A stretch of DNA of 64,000 nucleotides, from the NCBI GenBank assembly GCA_013265495.1, contig MU058748.1:124001-188000 (forward strand), in the 5' to 3' direction. This DNA comes from Vicugna vicugna (lineage: Eukaryota). The notes below the pieces were generated by a model. The model searched no databases. It saw only the letters and a program-made list of their open reading frames with translations, and was not told where the DNA came from. Of this stretch, positions 12,739-26,833 are shown in pieces. The position numbers and the translations under genes were made by a program. Each line of letters begins with the position of its first letter. The first letter of the stretch is position 1.

Positions 12739-14389
12739 AGAAAAGATGCATCAGATTCAAATTAAAACATCCACAGTGCTCCTCAATACTCTTTCAATTT
12801 TGTGTTGGAAAATGCTCCTCTTCTTTTCTGTATGGTGAAGATTGAGTATAAAATTATAATAAAGGGTGGCACAAATTTTTTATTACCAAGAAAACTTTCC
12901 TAATAATAAGAAAGAAACAAAATCAGATAATGTAATTTTTCTAAATCTAGAAGATACAGCTTTATTTTATCTAATGTTAGAGAAAATTTTGGAGGAAAGA
13001 CAGTTAAAAATGTGAATAGTTCAATTTTTCAGGTAAAAAACATAGCAGCTGTTTTACTGTTCTACTTCCTTCACTATCACACATTTAATATAAATCCTAT
13101 TTGTGAAAGAATCCAGTATTTCATTTAGCATTAAGCAGCCTGACAATTTTATGATATCTCTCAATACTGCTTGATTGACAAGGAAATAATTTTAGAAACT
13201 CTTCAAAGTTTGTACCATTGTCCCATCTCAGATTATTGTGACTCAGGTATTGTAGCCTAGTAAAGATAAATTAATGCGTTAGGATACTTAATATCCTACA
13301 ATGAACACTTTCTCCTACCTGTGGGTTAGACAAGTCACTTCTTTAACTCTATTTTTGAGGGAGGTCATTGTAATAAGATCTTAGATCTTGCTACTAGCAT
13401 GGAATCACTTTGAATCCCTCCTGAACATCATTTGGCAAAAAGAAAAATGTAATTAAAATGAAAGAATGAATGTATGGATGTAAATGAATGATGTTACCTT
13501 GCTGCTTTAAAGAGCGTTTGACTTCAGCCTTGCTTTATTGAAAAATCTGTTGATAGATTTTTAGCAGATTCAGAAAATTTAAAGAACATTGATTCAAAGT
13601 AAAGCCATGGTTGGTAATTTTCTTAATATATCAGATTTTTAAAAAAATTTTTTTATGCAGAAACATTTTAATGAATGAAAATCTAAAAGATATGTCCACG
13701 TGTGTGCAGTGATTAGCAGGGTGTTAAATGAAAACCAGGCAACACCTTAATGTTATCTTAGTGATAGCTTAGCTTAACTTAATCTTTTTTTTTTTTGAAA
13801 AATAGCAAGAAGATGTTGATTACTTTCCTCTCTCCACTAGGAGAACTTTTAATATGATCATAAGACTACTAGGTTTAATTAGGTTAAATGACAGAAGAAA
13901 TCCCCAGGGATAAAGTTACACCAGAGTCAGTATACCTAGATCTTTGATTTTATTTTTTTTTTTCTTTCTTAATGTTGACTTTCTTGATTAGAACAGCAGG
14001 GGTTCCCATGAAGAATGTTTGAAAGTGTATTAGTGTAAATGATATTCTACATTTAGATTGCTTCAAAAGCACAGTAATGAGTATGCATCCTTCTTAGTCT
14101 TTAGTTACAAAGTCAAATATTTCTAAACTTTTCACAGCTTATCAGCTAACAAATATTTATCAGGCACCCATTCTCTGCAAGGCCTTATGCCAAATCCTAG
14201 GTAGACATACAAAAGAAATGAATAAATAAGGTAAATTCCCTTTAATAAGCAGTTTTCTGGTCTAATACGGGCAGTTGGATACATATGTGATCACAAAAAC
14301 ATATCATAACTCAAGATTTATGTTACACAACAGCAATTCCATGAATATCATATTTAGGTACTTTAAATACAATATAGAATTCTGTCAGT

Positions 14390-14639
14390 GTGAATATAAT
14401 TAACTGCGCTGTACATTATATATGAAAGTCTTTAAGAGAGAAAATCCTGAGTGCTTATCCCAAGGAAAAAATTTATTTTATTTTTTTTATTTTGTATCTT
14501 CATGAGATGTTGGATACTCACCACACTTAGGGTGGTAATCATTTCATGATGTAAGTTAGTCAAATCATAGTGCTGTGTGCCTTAAACTTATACAGCACTG
14601 TATATCAGTTATATCTTAATAAAACTAGAAGAAAAAAAA
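14390..14639 (+). mobile_element. L1 3' end fragment (L1MA-like)
   Basis: GGTAATCATTTCATGATG...CCTTAAACTTATACAG...TTATATCTTAATAAAACTAGAAG followed by an A tail. Confidence 0.85.
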
Positions 14640-15469
14640 GACTTCTGTAGGTATAAAACTTTGTAGCTTATGTCTTTGCCTTCTCTGTGAGTTCAAGCAT
14701 GATATGCCACTTCATGAGGTGTAATAATCAGATAATTCAGTCAAATAACATGCTATCTCATTCAGTAATATTTGGGGGAAATACTAGACTCTGATATGTG
14801 AAATAAAATGGTGAATTAAATTGATCAGGAAAGCCTGTCCTTGAACAATACTCTGTCATATTTCCTTAGAAACATTTGAAAGTTGCATTTTTCTTTTTTT
14901 TTTTTTTTTTTGAGTAAGTCTAGAATTATTTCTCGTGTATATCCATTCTGGGCTCATGCCTCCTGAGAGCCACAGTGAACTGCAGCCTAAAGGACATTTT
15001 CTTATATAGCACAGTCATTTGGATTTTATGAAATACAAAGATGAAAACTTTTCCTTCTCTTTTTCATTCTCTACTGCAAGCCCAACCCTGGGATCTCTCC
15101 TTTTATCAATTGTTTCATTCTCTTCTTCAGTATGTTTCATTCCCATCTCATCTTAATGACTAGAGAAGACAGAGGCATCGTATTTTATGAAGTAGGGAAC
15201 CCAGTCTATTCACTGCACCTTTCTTCTTAAAACTTTTGATGGGCTCTTCATTATATTTCTAGAGTCACCAAAATTCAGTCCATCAAAAATTTGCCTAAAG
15301 ATTAAAAATGAATATGCATTTATTTTTAAATGTGAAGCTCACCAAAGGTGATCTGCCCCAGCTCACAAACTGGCCATGCACTGGAAGAGTAAATTAAGTC
15401 ATGATCTAAGCTGTGTCAGTCAGTCATCACTTTTTAGTTTAACTTATGCATGTCTGGAAGCTTATTTAA

Positions 15470-15665
15470 GAATATAAGCTCTGCAGTTTGACTGCCTGTG
15501 TAGTGTTGGGCAAGTATTTAGCCTTGCCATGCCTCAGTTCCCTGCTCTATATAATGAACCTAAAGATGGTACCCAGTGCATGGGGATGTGAGAATTTAAT
15601 AAGTTAATGTCTGTAAAGCATAAACTATAGTACCTGGGCCACAAATGGCACTCAACTCATGTTTC
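15470..15665 (+). mobile_element. MIR SINE
   Basis: TTGGGCAAGTATTTAGCC...TGCCTCAGTTCCCT...GTAAAGCA...AGTACCTGG. Confidence 0.8.
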
Positions 15666-18600
15666 CTTTGTCATGTAACATAGGTTATTGGAGCTATGCT
15701 TTGAAAAAATTAAACATTAAGATGCCATTTGTCATTAAATATTTAAAAGTTAAGATATACAGTATAGAATCTCTAAATATCCTTACTTCAATCTTTAAAA
15801 GATCAAATTAATTCTGAAGATTGAGAGAAACAGGTGAAAACGCACTTTGGAAAACAGAGTATTTGTCAGTGACCACTATGCAGAAACATTATTGAGTATC
15901 AATTTGCATATAGTGGTATGAATTGCAATAGAAAATTCCAATTTATTTGGAGGCATCTTATTAAGCCATCTAACTTCCTTTTGAGGCACTGCCTGAAGGT
16001 GTCAAGTGTATACTTTTGAAAAATTTAATCAACTTGAAACATATCTTGGACTAAAGTTTTAGGATATTACAATACTTTTGAATAATTGCGTAGTAGATGG
16101 TCAAGAAATGATAATGGTTATGATATTGGTATAAACAGCATGATCACTCCTATTTTTATTAAGAAGAAGAAACAATGCCTCTCAGGTTTCTAGTTAAGTG
16201 ACTGTGAGTGGCAGTGATAAAAACTATTACTTCAAAAACACCGGGTTAATGTTCATCTTGGGTTAGCTTTTGAAGGAAATGTATCAAAATAAATAGAAAG
16301 GCAATCAGTAGTATGCATATTGCAGGAAGGAAAGAGGATACAGGGAGGGAGGAGGGAAAAGCTTTCTAATCATAATGTGAGAATTCTTACCCATAAAAAG
16401 ATCTGTTGTAGCCTAGAAAGGGGTGGGGGTGGAATTACTTAAATCTGCACTATATAGGGAGTATTTATCTATTGTGAATACTATGAGAGTAGAATAGTTC
16501 CACCACTCAGTATTCAGATAAAACTGAGCAATGTATTGTGACATAACCTAGGAGGTTTGCATTGTGAGCTGAATCCTGAGGTAGAAGGCAAGGTGGAAGT
16601 CATCTGTGATCCTGGGGACTGAGATCATCGGGCTTGAGCTGTGTAGTTCTTGATAAGGGAAGGTTGTCAGATCCTGGATATCAGCTTTTTCTCATGTTAT
16701 CATTTTTTGTGATATTTTCTAATTTTGAATTCAATTGTGATAGTTGATTAAAGTATACTTTTATCATTATGAGGTCTTCAGGTCCCGGATTTCTCAAAAG
16801 CCACAGAGCTTCAGGGTGTATTTAAAACTAGAACCGTATCTTTTAAAGGTAGAACAAATAGAAAAATAAAGCACACATATGTTGTGTCTTTAGGTCTGCT
16901 GCAAGGCTCTGATGTTACAAGTGTAGGAACTCTGAAGAATACATTTTAATAAACATCAATTTATTACAGGGTCAGGAATGCTCTAATAATAATGAAAACA
17001 CATTAATGGTTATAAGGGGCAGGTGTTCACTAGTGGCTGTGCCAGTGTAGGAGGCACAGTAAAGAAACAACTATGCACATAATTTAAGCAAGAACAAAAA
17101 TGATAGCACAGAATTATGTTAACAAGACAATTATTCAAAAAAACAAAAAACTCTGTATTTCTCTTAATGTGAAAACATATCAGCGGTTTCTTTTTCCATC
17201 TCTTATTCCCTGGGATATGTTGCTGTCTTTCTCCTTTCTGGTTTTGTCTTTCAGTGTGACTTCACTGCAGACAAAGGTGTTTGTTTAAACAATGATTTCT
17301 AGTCACTGTTAGCTTAGCTTAAAATATTGTGTAGATTCTGAATCATCCAAAGAAAAACATCTGAGAGTTTGGGGTCAGGTGGAAAGAATGTTAAGGAGCT
17401 CATAGAAAAGGACAGAACAGAAAAAGTCCACTTTTATTTTAAAAAGTAGCTGAAAAAATAAAATAGCTGTGACTTTAGAGAGACCAGCAACTGACAGTTA
17501 GGGATGTTGTCAACAATGGTTCATGTCTTTAAAAAAAGAATTAATCTGGACTCTGCTGATGGGTTCTTGGGAAACAAAAGCAGGGGTTATGTTGAAAAAA
17601 ACTGCAGTTTCAGTAAAGGATAATGCTGTGGAAAAAAGTTGATGTGTCTCATGTTAGATAAGTTGAAGTTGATCTGATAGTGAGAAACAGAAATGAAATT
17701 TCTACTGCAAAATTAGAAACTCAAACCTGGAGCCTAACTAAGAGAAAGCATTAAAATACAACTACCTGGAGTTGCCAATTTCAGATTTCTTCACCGTTTC
17801 CTCTCTCCAGGCAAAAGAGGAAAGAAGAGACAGAGGAGTGCTTTTTTCAAATGCTTGTTGCCTAGCGTTTCTGACCACATGGAGACTCTCATTGGTTAGG
17901 AAAAATGCAGAGAAGAGTAGATATGAAAATGATGTTGATATTTGCATATTTTCTTTTCTAATTTTTAAGTGGAGTAAATCAAGACCTTCTTTAAATTTAA
18001 AGACAGAGATATTTTCAAATATGTATTTAGACAACCCTTTGTGCTACAGCAGTAGAGATTAAGCACATTAAAACTGTTCAGTGGGAACTAGAACTGACAA
18101 AATTTGAATAATGTGTTGTTTTTCAGTGAATACAGTAGCAATCACTTAAAAGGAAAGTGTGCAACATATTAATTATGTAACAGGGATGCAAGTGTGTTAG
18201 AAAATTGGAGGATAAAGGATATTCATCAGTTTCACATTTTGATGTTTTAAAGCTCAAAATTTGTTTACTGACATATAATTGAATATGAAATAAATATATC
18301 CATTTGACATCTTAAAAGCCTCAAGAAAGGCTGGTGACAAGTAGAAATCAATTAAAATGTGATACAGCTATTTTAGTGTAGATTTTTTATAATGTGTAGA
18401 TGAGCTCATTGATTTCATGATTTATCTAACAATGTAGGAAGACATAATACATATTGCAAATGGTATCATAAGCAATGTTGGGATTCCAAATATTTGATTG
18501 CATTATATTTGACCTTTTAAGAGCAAGGTACCTGACATACCATGTGTAGTCTGGTGAATTTTAACATCACTGTTTTTTTTTTTAATAGAAGTTCATAATG

Positions 18601-18946
18601 TTTGGGTCTATTTCTGAATACAGTAGGGATAGATACTAATTTTGTGTGAAGTGTTAGGGAAGATTGTCCAAGTTTTGGAAATAAGACAAGATTACATCAT
18701 GTTGTTTCATTCCCATCCTAGGGCATATTTTAATAGGCTTCCTCCAATATTATTTAATTCTCTGGGATAATTTATCTGCTTTCACTAGGCTTTCTTCTGA
18801 TTGATTATGTCCTAGAAACTATGAAGTTAAATGTTAACTTATAGATTTCTATCTGGTAGGAAAGTTGATCCGAACTGTTATGGTTCTATTGCCCTATAGA
18901 GCATTACTCAGTTCTGCTTCTAACCTTGGAGTCTTATTCTAAAATA

Positions 18947-20615
18947 TTTTTATTTTTATTATTTTTATGCTTTAATTTAATTTTATTTTTTAACATTTTT
19001 TATTGATTTATAATCATTTTACAATGTTGTGTCAAATTCCAGTGTTCAGCACAATTTTTCAGTCATTCATAGACATATACACACTCATTGTCACATTTTT
19101 TTCTCTGTGATTTATCATAACATTTTGTGTGTATTTCCCTGTGCTATACAGTGTAATCTTGTTTATCTATTCTACAATTTTGAAATCCCANNNNNNNNNN
19201 NNNNNNNNNNNNNNNNNNNNNNNNNNNNNNNNNNNNNNNNNNNNNNNNNNNNNNNNNNNNNNNNNNNNNNNNNNNNNNNNNNNNNNNNNNNNNNNNNNNN
19301 NNNNNNNNNNNNNNNNNNNNNNNNNNNNNNNNNNNNNNNNNNNNNNNNNNNNNNNNNNNNNNNNNNNNNNNNNNNNNNNNNNNNNNNNNNNNNNNNNNNN
19401 NNNNNNNNNNNNNNNNNNNNNNNNNNNNNNNNNNNNNNNNNNNNNNNNNNNNNNNNNNNNNNNNNNNNNNNNNNNNNNNNNNNNNNNNNNNNNNNNNNNN
19501 NNNNNNNNNNNNNNNNNNNNNNNNNNNNNNNNNNNNNNNNNNNNNNNNNNNNNNNNNNNNNNNNNNNNNNNNNNNNNNNNNNNNNNNNNNNNNNNNNNNN
19601 NNNNNNNNNNNNNNNNNNNNNNNNNNNNNNNNNNNNNNNNNNNNNNNNNNNNNNNNNNNNNNNNNNNNNNNNNNNNNNNNNNNNNNNNNNNNNNNNNNNN
19701 NNNNNNNNNNNNNNNNNNNNNNNNNNNNNNNNNNNNNNNNNNNNNNNNNNNNNNNNNNNNNNNNNNNNNNNNNNNNNNNNNNNNNNNNNNNNNNNNNNNN
19801 NNNNNNNNNNNNNNNNNNNNNNNNNNNNNNNNNNNNNNNNNNNNNNNNNNNNNNNNNNNNNNNNNNNNNNNNNNNNNNNNNNNNNNNNNNNNNNNNNNNN
19901 NNNNNNNNNNNNNNNNNNNNNNNNNNNNNNNNNNNNNNNNNNNNNNNNNNNNNNNNNNNNNNNNNNNNNNNNNNNNNNNNNNNNNNNNNNNNNNNNNNNN
20001 NNNNNNNNNNNNNNNNNNNNNNNNNNNNNNNNNNNNNNNNNNNNNNNNNNNNNNNNNNNNNNNNNNNNNNNNNNNNNNNNNNNNNNNNNNNNNNNNNNNN
20101 NNNNNNNNNNNNNNNNNNNNNNNNNNNNNNNNNNNNNNNNNNNNNNNNNNNNNNNNNNNNNNNTATCTTGTCTTATGTTTAAGTCTTTAATCCATTTTGA
20201 GTTGATTTTTGTATATGGTGTAAGGGTGTGTTCTAGCTTCATTGTTTTACATGCTGCTGTCCAGTTTTCCCAACACCATTTGCTGAAGAGACTGTCTTTA
20301 TTCCATTGTATATTCTTGCCTCCTTTGTCGAAGATTAGTTGACCAAAGGTTTGTGGGTTCATTTCTGGGCTCTCTATTCTGTTCCATTGGTCCATATGTC
20401 TGTTTTGGTACCAATACCATGCTGTCTTGATGACTGTAGCTCTATAGTATTGTCTGAAGTCTGGGAGAGTTATTCCTCCAGCCTCTTTCTTTCTCTTCAG
20501 TAATGCTTTAGCAATTCTAGGTCTTTGATGGTTCCATATAAATTTTATTATGATTTGTTCTAGTTCTGTGAAATATGTCCTGGGTAATTTGATAGGGGTT
20601 GCATTAAATCTGTAG
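18947..20615 (-). mobile_element. Young 5'-truncated L1 spanning an assembly gap
   Basis: 3'UTR left of the gap and little-diverged ORF2 ([10 protein letters not shown]...WCWENW...[18 protein letters not shown]) right of it. The gap size matches the equivalent spacing (about 1 kb) in the L1 at 5394. Confidence 0.95.
19191..20163. other. Assembly gap (973 N)
   Basis: Run of N. Confidence 1.
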
Positions 20616-20718
20616 CAGCTAGTAGACTCTCACTGCTGTTGAGGTCAGTATTAAATCATTCATCTGTCGTCTGTGTTCCTGTTTCTAAAATCTGACTGTG
20701 CTATCAAAAAAAAAAAAG

Positions 20719-20836
20719 AGTCCTGATTTGTAGAATTTGCCAATTTTCATAGTGTAAATACTTCCATTACAGTTGAAAGCAAGCTGTTACCAGCATGACA
20801 TTACTGAATGTATAGTTGAGAATAACTGTACACAAA
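20719..20836. mobile_element. MER63-like hAT DNA transposon fragment
   Basis: TGATTTGTAGAATTTGCCAATTTTCATAGTGTAAATACTTCC...AAGCTGTTACCAGCATGAC resembles MER63. Confidence 0.7.
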
Positions 20837-22479
20837 GTGTTAGAAACTGTCCCACACATCATTTGTAAAGTTATTTGCTCAGAGAAACATGGTGTTTGCT
20901 TCTTCCTTGCTTAGAAGCGAGTTAAGTATATTTGGCAAGCTTAAAGTTATTACTTTTCCGGAAATTAGTTACAAAGGAAATCTGGATGGTGTTCAGAACC
21001 CCCAAAGCTAAAAATAAACCAACGAAAACATGTATCTATACTCATCATAGGGAAAAGTCTCTTATTCCCTCTACTTGGCTCTATTAATCCAAGGCCCTAT
21101 GTAGATTATTTTTATTAGTTAGAACATCACGATTTAATAAAGACATTAATAAAGATTTTACAGACCAAAATGCATAGTTATTCCCCTGTAGATATTTAAT
21201 ATAGCCACACAAAGCAGAGTTGTAGCTGCAGGCCCAGGATGGATCCCCACTCAAGACTCAGAATAACTTAGATGTTGGTACTCACATAATCACAAAGAGG
21301 TTAAGAAAATGTTTGTTACTCTTGGGAGAAAATAGGGCCCCCAGGCTGGTTCCAAATGAATTGAGGGAGCTAGAAAAGAAGACTGGCTTGATTTTTGTTT
21401 TGTTTTGTTTTGTTTTTGTAGTAAATAAGGGGTGGTGTAGAAATATTTCTTGAACATGCTTTAAACTTTCTGCTGGTGCCAAATGAGAGAGCTTCTTACC
21501 AGCTTTCTCAAACTGGGGACAGATGGTGAAGAAGAAAGGGTTAGACTTAAAAGATGATGACAATCAAACATCAAAAAAAAATGAAGTTAGACTCTCTACT
21601 ACAAGAATAAATAAATATGAAAATTTATCATTATTATATTATATACAGAAAAGGAGTAAAATGAATTAGATTGAAAGAGATTAAAAGTCATGGGACATGC
21701 TTATTTTAATAAAGGTGACTTCACCCTCTCATACTCCTATTGAAGTCAGAGGGAGGTGAACAGTTAACTGTTTTCAATCTTGAGGATATTATATTGAGGA
21801 ACCTGCTTCAAAGGGAAGACATGCTTTGGAATAATCTGGATAAATGGATGATAACTCAAATAACCCTTCATTTTACTATTTCCAGGACAGTTTTAGGATC
21901 TGTGATTATAAAAAATTGTAAAGGCAGTTCAGATAGATAATATGTACCTTGCTACTGAGGATCCAGTAGTCACATGGGGGAGAACATGTGTCAACTACAA
22001 TGATAAAAAACAAATGCAGGTATTGATACAAAATTTGTGAATATATCTCTTGCATGGATTTTTGGGTAAATTATAATGAAACAGATTTTAAAATAGCTAA
22101 AACACTCCAGTTAGCAGTTATCTGAGACCAGTGTCAGTGTGGTTTTGTCTCTCATCTGTCATCAAAACCTGCTATTAATTCCTGAGTGTTATACACTCAG
22201 AAGTGTCTTGCTTGTATGAAGAAGCTAATTGTTTATCTCGCTGTCAAAAGAGAAAAATGTCTATTATCCAAATGTCAAACATTATAGGTGCTTTTTTCAA
22301 TGAAGGGTGCAGTTTTAAAAATACTTTCACAATAGTTGAAAACAGGACTGTTAGGGAGACAAAGCACCTAATTCAAGTCATACATCAAAGCAAATTTTTG
22401 TGTTTTTTTTCTCCTATTTATCTTAGTAAATTTGACTTAAAGAAAGTAGACAAAATTCAGATCTATCCAGATTTTATGT

Positions 22480-22916
22480 TGTTAAGAGATGAGTTGTGTC
22501 CCTCCAAAATTATTATGAAGTCCTAATCACTAGTACCTGAGAATGTGACCTTATTTGGAAATAGGGTTATTGTAGATGTAATTAGATGTTAAGATGAAGT
22601 GATACTGCAGTAGGGTAAGCCCCTAATGCAGATGGCTTGTATCCTTATAAAGAGGGGAAACTTGGACACAGGCACCCACACAGGGAGTTCCACATGAAGA
22701 TGAAAGGGGAGATCAGGTGCTGTATCATCTACAAGACAATGAATACCACAGATTGTCGGCTAACCTCCAGAAGCTTGTCCACTACAGCCCTCAGAAGGAA
22801 CCAAGCCTCCCAATACCTTGATCTTGCACTTCTAGACTCCAGGCTAAGACAGTACACTTGTTTCCATGTCACCAATTTGTCCTGTTTTGTTATGGCAGCC
22901 TGAGCAAGTTAACACA
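22480..22916 (+). mobile_element. MaLR solo LTR (MLT1B-like)
   Basis: TG start, GAATGTGACCTTATTTGGAAATAGGGT, and TTTGTTATGGCAGCC...AACACA end. Confidence 0.9.
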
Positions 22917-23211
22917 CCTAAACCAGAAAACATGTCATCTTAAAATTAACCCATGATTTCTATGATTGCTTGATGCTGCAAATTTTAACTTAAAAAAATC
23001 CTGTCTAGCTCTTCTGACTCACAGAAGTGAAAACAAGTCAAAACAAGATCAAAACATATATAATTTTAACATTTATACTTATTTAAGTGATGCTTGCCAG
23101 GGGGTGTATTTCTTTTTACATGTGGTAAAACCAGACAGATGGTGCATTGTCAACTGTTAAAATTTTGTCTTGTCACTTCATGAGGTTGTCTAGAAATCTG
23201 ATCTAGGAGTC

Positions 23212-23650
23212 TTTTTTGTTTGTTTTTTATTGAAGTATAGTCAGTTTACAATATTGTGTAAATTTCTGGTGTACAGCGTAATAGTTCAGTCAGATATATA
23301 TATATATATATATATATATATCTGCATATTTGCTTTCATATTCTTTTTCATTATAGGTAACTATAAGATATTGAATATAGTTCCCAGTGCTATACAGTAT
23401 AAATTTGTTGTTTATCTATTTTATATATAGTAGTTAGTATCTGCAAATCTCGAACTCCCAATTTATCCCTTCCCACCCTCTTTCCCCCTGGTAACCATAA
23501 GTTTGATGCAAATCTCCCCAATTTATCCCTTCCCACCCTCTTTCCCCCTGGTAACCATAAGTTTGTTTTCTATGTTTGTGAGTCTGTTTCTGTTTTATAA
23601 ATAAGTTCATTAGTCTTTTTCTTTTAGATTCCACATATAAGTAATGTCAT
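23212..23650 (-). mobile_element. Short L1 3' end with (TA)n and an internal 60-bp-period duplication
   Basis: TTTTTATTGAAGTATAGTCAG 3' end; 23457-23505 repeated at 23517-23565; near-TSD GTCTTTTTT/GTCATTTTT. Confidence 0.92.
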
Positions 23651-25926
23651 TTTTACAGAAGATTTTTAGCAATATCAGATTCATTTCAGTTACATGATTT
23701 CTGTTATCTAATACCTGGTTTGAGAAGTTTAGAGTCCTTTTCTTTGAATTCTGCAAGTGTTCCTCTCTTTAATCAGGAAATTGTAAGTTTGAAAAAAATT
23801 AGTGACAGGTCTTAATGACACAATCATGAGTATAGTTTATAAACCTGATTATGCTGTACGAGTGTGTTAGTCTGTCAGAGACTCTGAATCAATAACAACA
23901 GATTTGTGGAAAGATACATTTCAGTAGAAGATAAAAAAACACTGCTGGATGGAAACAACTCATGTATAACAGTGATTCTGTGTTTTAGGGAGAGTCCCAC
24001 AGTAAGATGCTGTACTAAGGAAACATATTAATTGGGGAATTTGCCAGATATTAAGAAAGCAGAGGTAAATATTGTCATATTCCAGGGCCTGTTATACCTT
24101 AACTAACAGGTGAAAAGTAAATTACTGTGTAGATATTAGGTTAAAGATGCTAATAACTATTTTGAGATTTGTTATCCATTAAATCCACAAAGATTTATTG
24201 AGCATATCCTGTTTTCTAGACATTGGACATACCCGGATGAATGTCTTAAATTTCATAATAATGTTGATTTTGATAACACTTAATGAATAAATTAGAATCA
24301 TATTGATTATCTCTTAGAAGCCAATGCTTAGAAGATTAAATAGCTAATTTATTAGTTGAGTACAACCATAATGTTGTCTATTAGTATTGTGTCTATTGAA
24401 GCACAAATGTGTTTCAACCCAGAACCATTTATTATAACCCAGTAATGCTGTTAAATGAAGGACACAGAATATATGAGAAGGAAATAATTTTAAACAAATT
24501 GCACATGAATTAGTTTGACTATAAATTTAAAATGCACATTTATCGATCCTGACAGCTCTCAATCTAACAACTCATTTTCATGAAATAGAGTCTTGTCAGG
24601 ATGATTAGCTATTTTGCAGGATGCTGTCAATCACATAAACGTTGAAGATCTCAGCTTCTGTTTGCTTCTCTCTGATTTCCTGTGCTGTTTGCTGCCACCA
24701 CAATATTGATTTCACCTTATTTCTGCAGTGATGAATTGTGAAATTAGAAGACAGATTTAGGAGTTACTTTGATACCATAATATGAAAGTACTTTAAAAGA
24801 GCCTGCTATATTTCTGAATGTATTTCATTTCAAGAAAAATTATTTCATCTACCACATTGCAAAGTTGTATTTTTGGGGGTTTAGGCAGTTTACATAAGTT
24901 TTGACACTGTTTAATATCCCATAAATAAAAAAGTCTTTCAATTTATGAAAAGAAATATATGGAAACTAAAGGTAGACTTCCTTATGAAGCAAAAATATTT
25001 TTTAAATTGAGGAATATTACAATGTATATTTTGAAATCATATGATTTTATTACGAGAAGTGAACAATTTAACTTTTTAATATATGTAAGCCTCACTTTGA
25101 ATAAGGCTTGTACTCATTTATCTACCTACTGACCTTTTTTTCCTAATATGCAAATTATGATGAAAATAACTTATAAGAAGTGAAACATATATCCACATAT
25201 TGTTATAGCTACGATAGTCAGTTATAAGGTTTCTTATAAAAACATTTTGCACACGACACTTTATCAGAATTACAAGATATTTACAATATTCTATATAAAC
25301 TATAGTTTTATTGCTTTTGTATAAACTCACAATGCCAAATCCAGACATGGTTTACTGTTGCTTATATCTTTCTATTTTGTTCGAAATAGTTCTCTAAAAT
25401 CAATCTACTGTGTATCTCAGTCTTGATTTGCATTCTTTTTCTCTTTTTGGGTGACAGTTACTCCAAATCTAGGCTAATAATTTTAAAAATATTAAGGCCA
25501 TAGGGTTTGTTATAGTGGTGGTGGAAGTTAATATGTACAATCCAGCAAAAGTAGAGACATTTTGAGAAGAAATAACTACTTAACTGAAGTTTGTAGTTAA
25601 ATCTAAAAATTTGAGTTTAATTTCTTGAAAGATACTGTTTAAAGATACATTAAAAGTTGTTTATATAACTGAACTCATTGCTTTACTGGGTGTTTGGACT
25701 TATTTTGTGATTTTTAAAAGTGAAGATAATCAGAAACTGCTTTAACACCCCTTACTGAGTGTCCACTATGAGCCAGACATATGGCTGTGCTTTGAGAATA
25801 ATAAATAAGCTATGATCAGTGACTCCAAAGAGTTCATTCCTTGGTGAGATATTAGAAGACATGCATAAAATTCACCATCTTACAGTAAGATGGATGTTTA
25901 CAAAGGATATGGATAAAACACTATGA

Positions 25927-26148
25927 CAGCACTGCTCAATAGAAATAGTTTGCAAGACATGTATGTAATTTTAAATTTTCTGATGGTTTCATTCAAAAGT
26001 AAAATATGTATTTAAAATAAATTCTAAGAATTGATTTATATAATTCAAATACCTGAATGTTATCATTTCTACATGTAATGACTATAAATATTATTCATAG
26101 TATATTTTACATTCTTTTCCATACCAAGACTTCAATTTCTGGTGTGTT
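25927..26148. mobile_element. MER33/MER3-like hAT-Charlie MITE
   Basis: CAATAGAAATA...ATGTAATTTTAAATTTTCT...TATTTTACATTCTTTT. Confidence 0.7.
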
Positions 26149-26342
26149 AAGGATAAGTTAGCACTACGAAATTGTAGAGGAAGGAGCAATTTACTTAAAC
26201 GTAACTCTTCCTTGCCTGTCCTTTTGTTTTCTATTCATGTTACCAAACTCTGTTGTCTGTCTTTTTTTTAATAGGCTTAATTTAAATAAATATTGAAAGC
26301 AAATCTGAACCTGGCACAATACATACAGTAAGAATAATATTA

Positions 26343-26833
26343 GGAGTTTCATGGTTTCAGGTGTTACACTTAAGTCTTTAATCCATTTTGAGTTGATTTT
26401 TGTGTTTGGTATAAGGTAGGGATCCAGTTTTATTTTTTTGCATATAGATATTCAGTTGTCCCACAAACCCTTCCAAAAATTGAAGGGAAGAGAGCCTTGC
26501 CAAACTCATTTTATGAATCCAGCATTACCCTGATACCAAAACCAGACAAAGACCCTATAGCAAAGAAAATTACAGGCTATCCCTGATGAACATAGTTGCA
26601 AAAATCTCAACAAAATACTATCAAATAAATCCAACAGTACATTAAATGAATCATTCACCATGATCAAGTGGGCTTTATCCTTGGGAAGCAAGAACACGCT
26701 ACGAACTAGTTATAGAAGGAATGTACCTCAAAATAATGAATGTTACATGTGACAGATTCACAGTAGTCTGCTTAATGTTGAAAAATTAAAAGGTTTTCCC
26801 TTAGGATTTGGAACATGACAAGGAAGCCCACTC
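26343..26833. mobile_element. L1 ORF2 fragments with internal inversion
   Basis: 26343-26462 is minus-strand ORF2 C-terminal sequence. 26463-26833 is plus-strand RT-region sequence (AACTCATTTTATGAA...ACCCTGATACCAAAACCAGACAAAGAC; CACCATGATCAAGTGGG). Confidence 0.88.

Noticed and set aside
19029..20395. Three long ORFs (353-437 aa)
   Set aside because: Artefacts of translating through the N gap.
24620..24710. Acceptor-like TTTTGCAG followed by a short open frame
   Set aside because: No donor and no other support.
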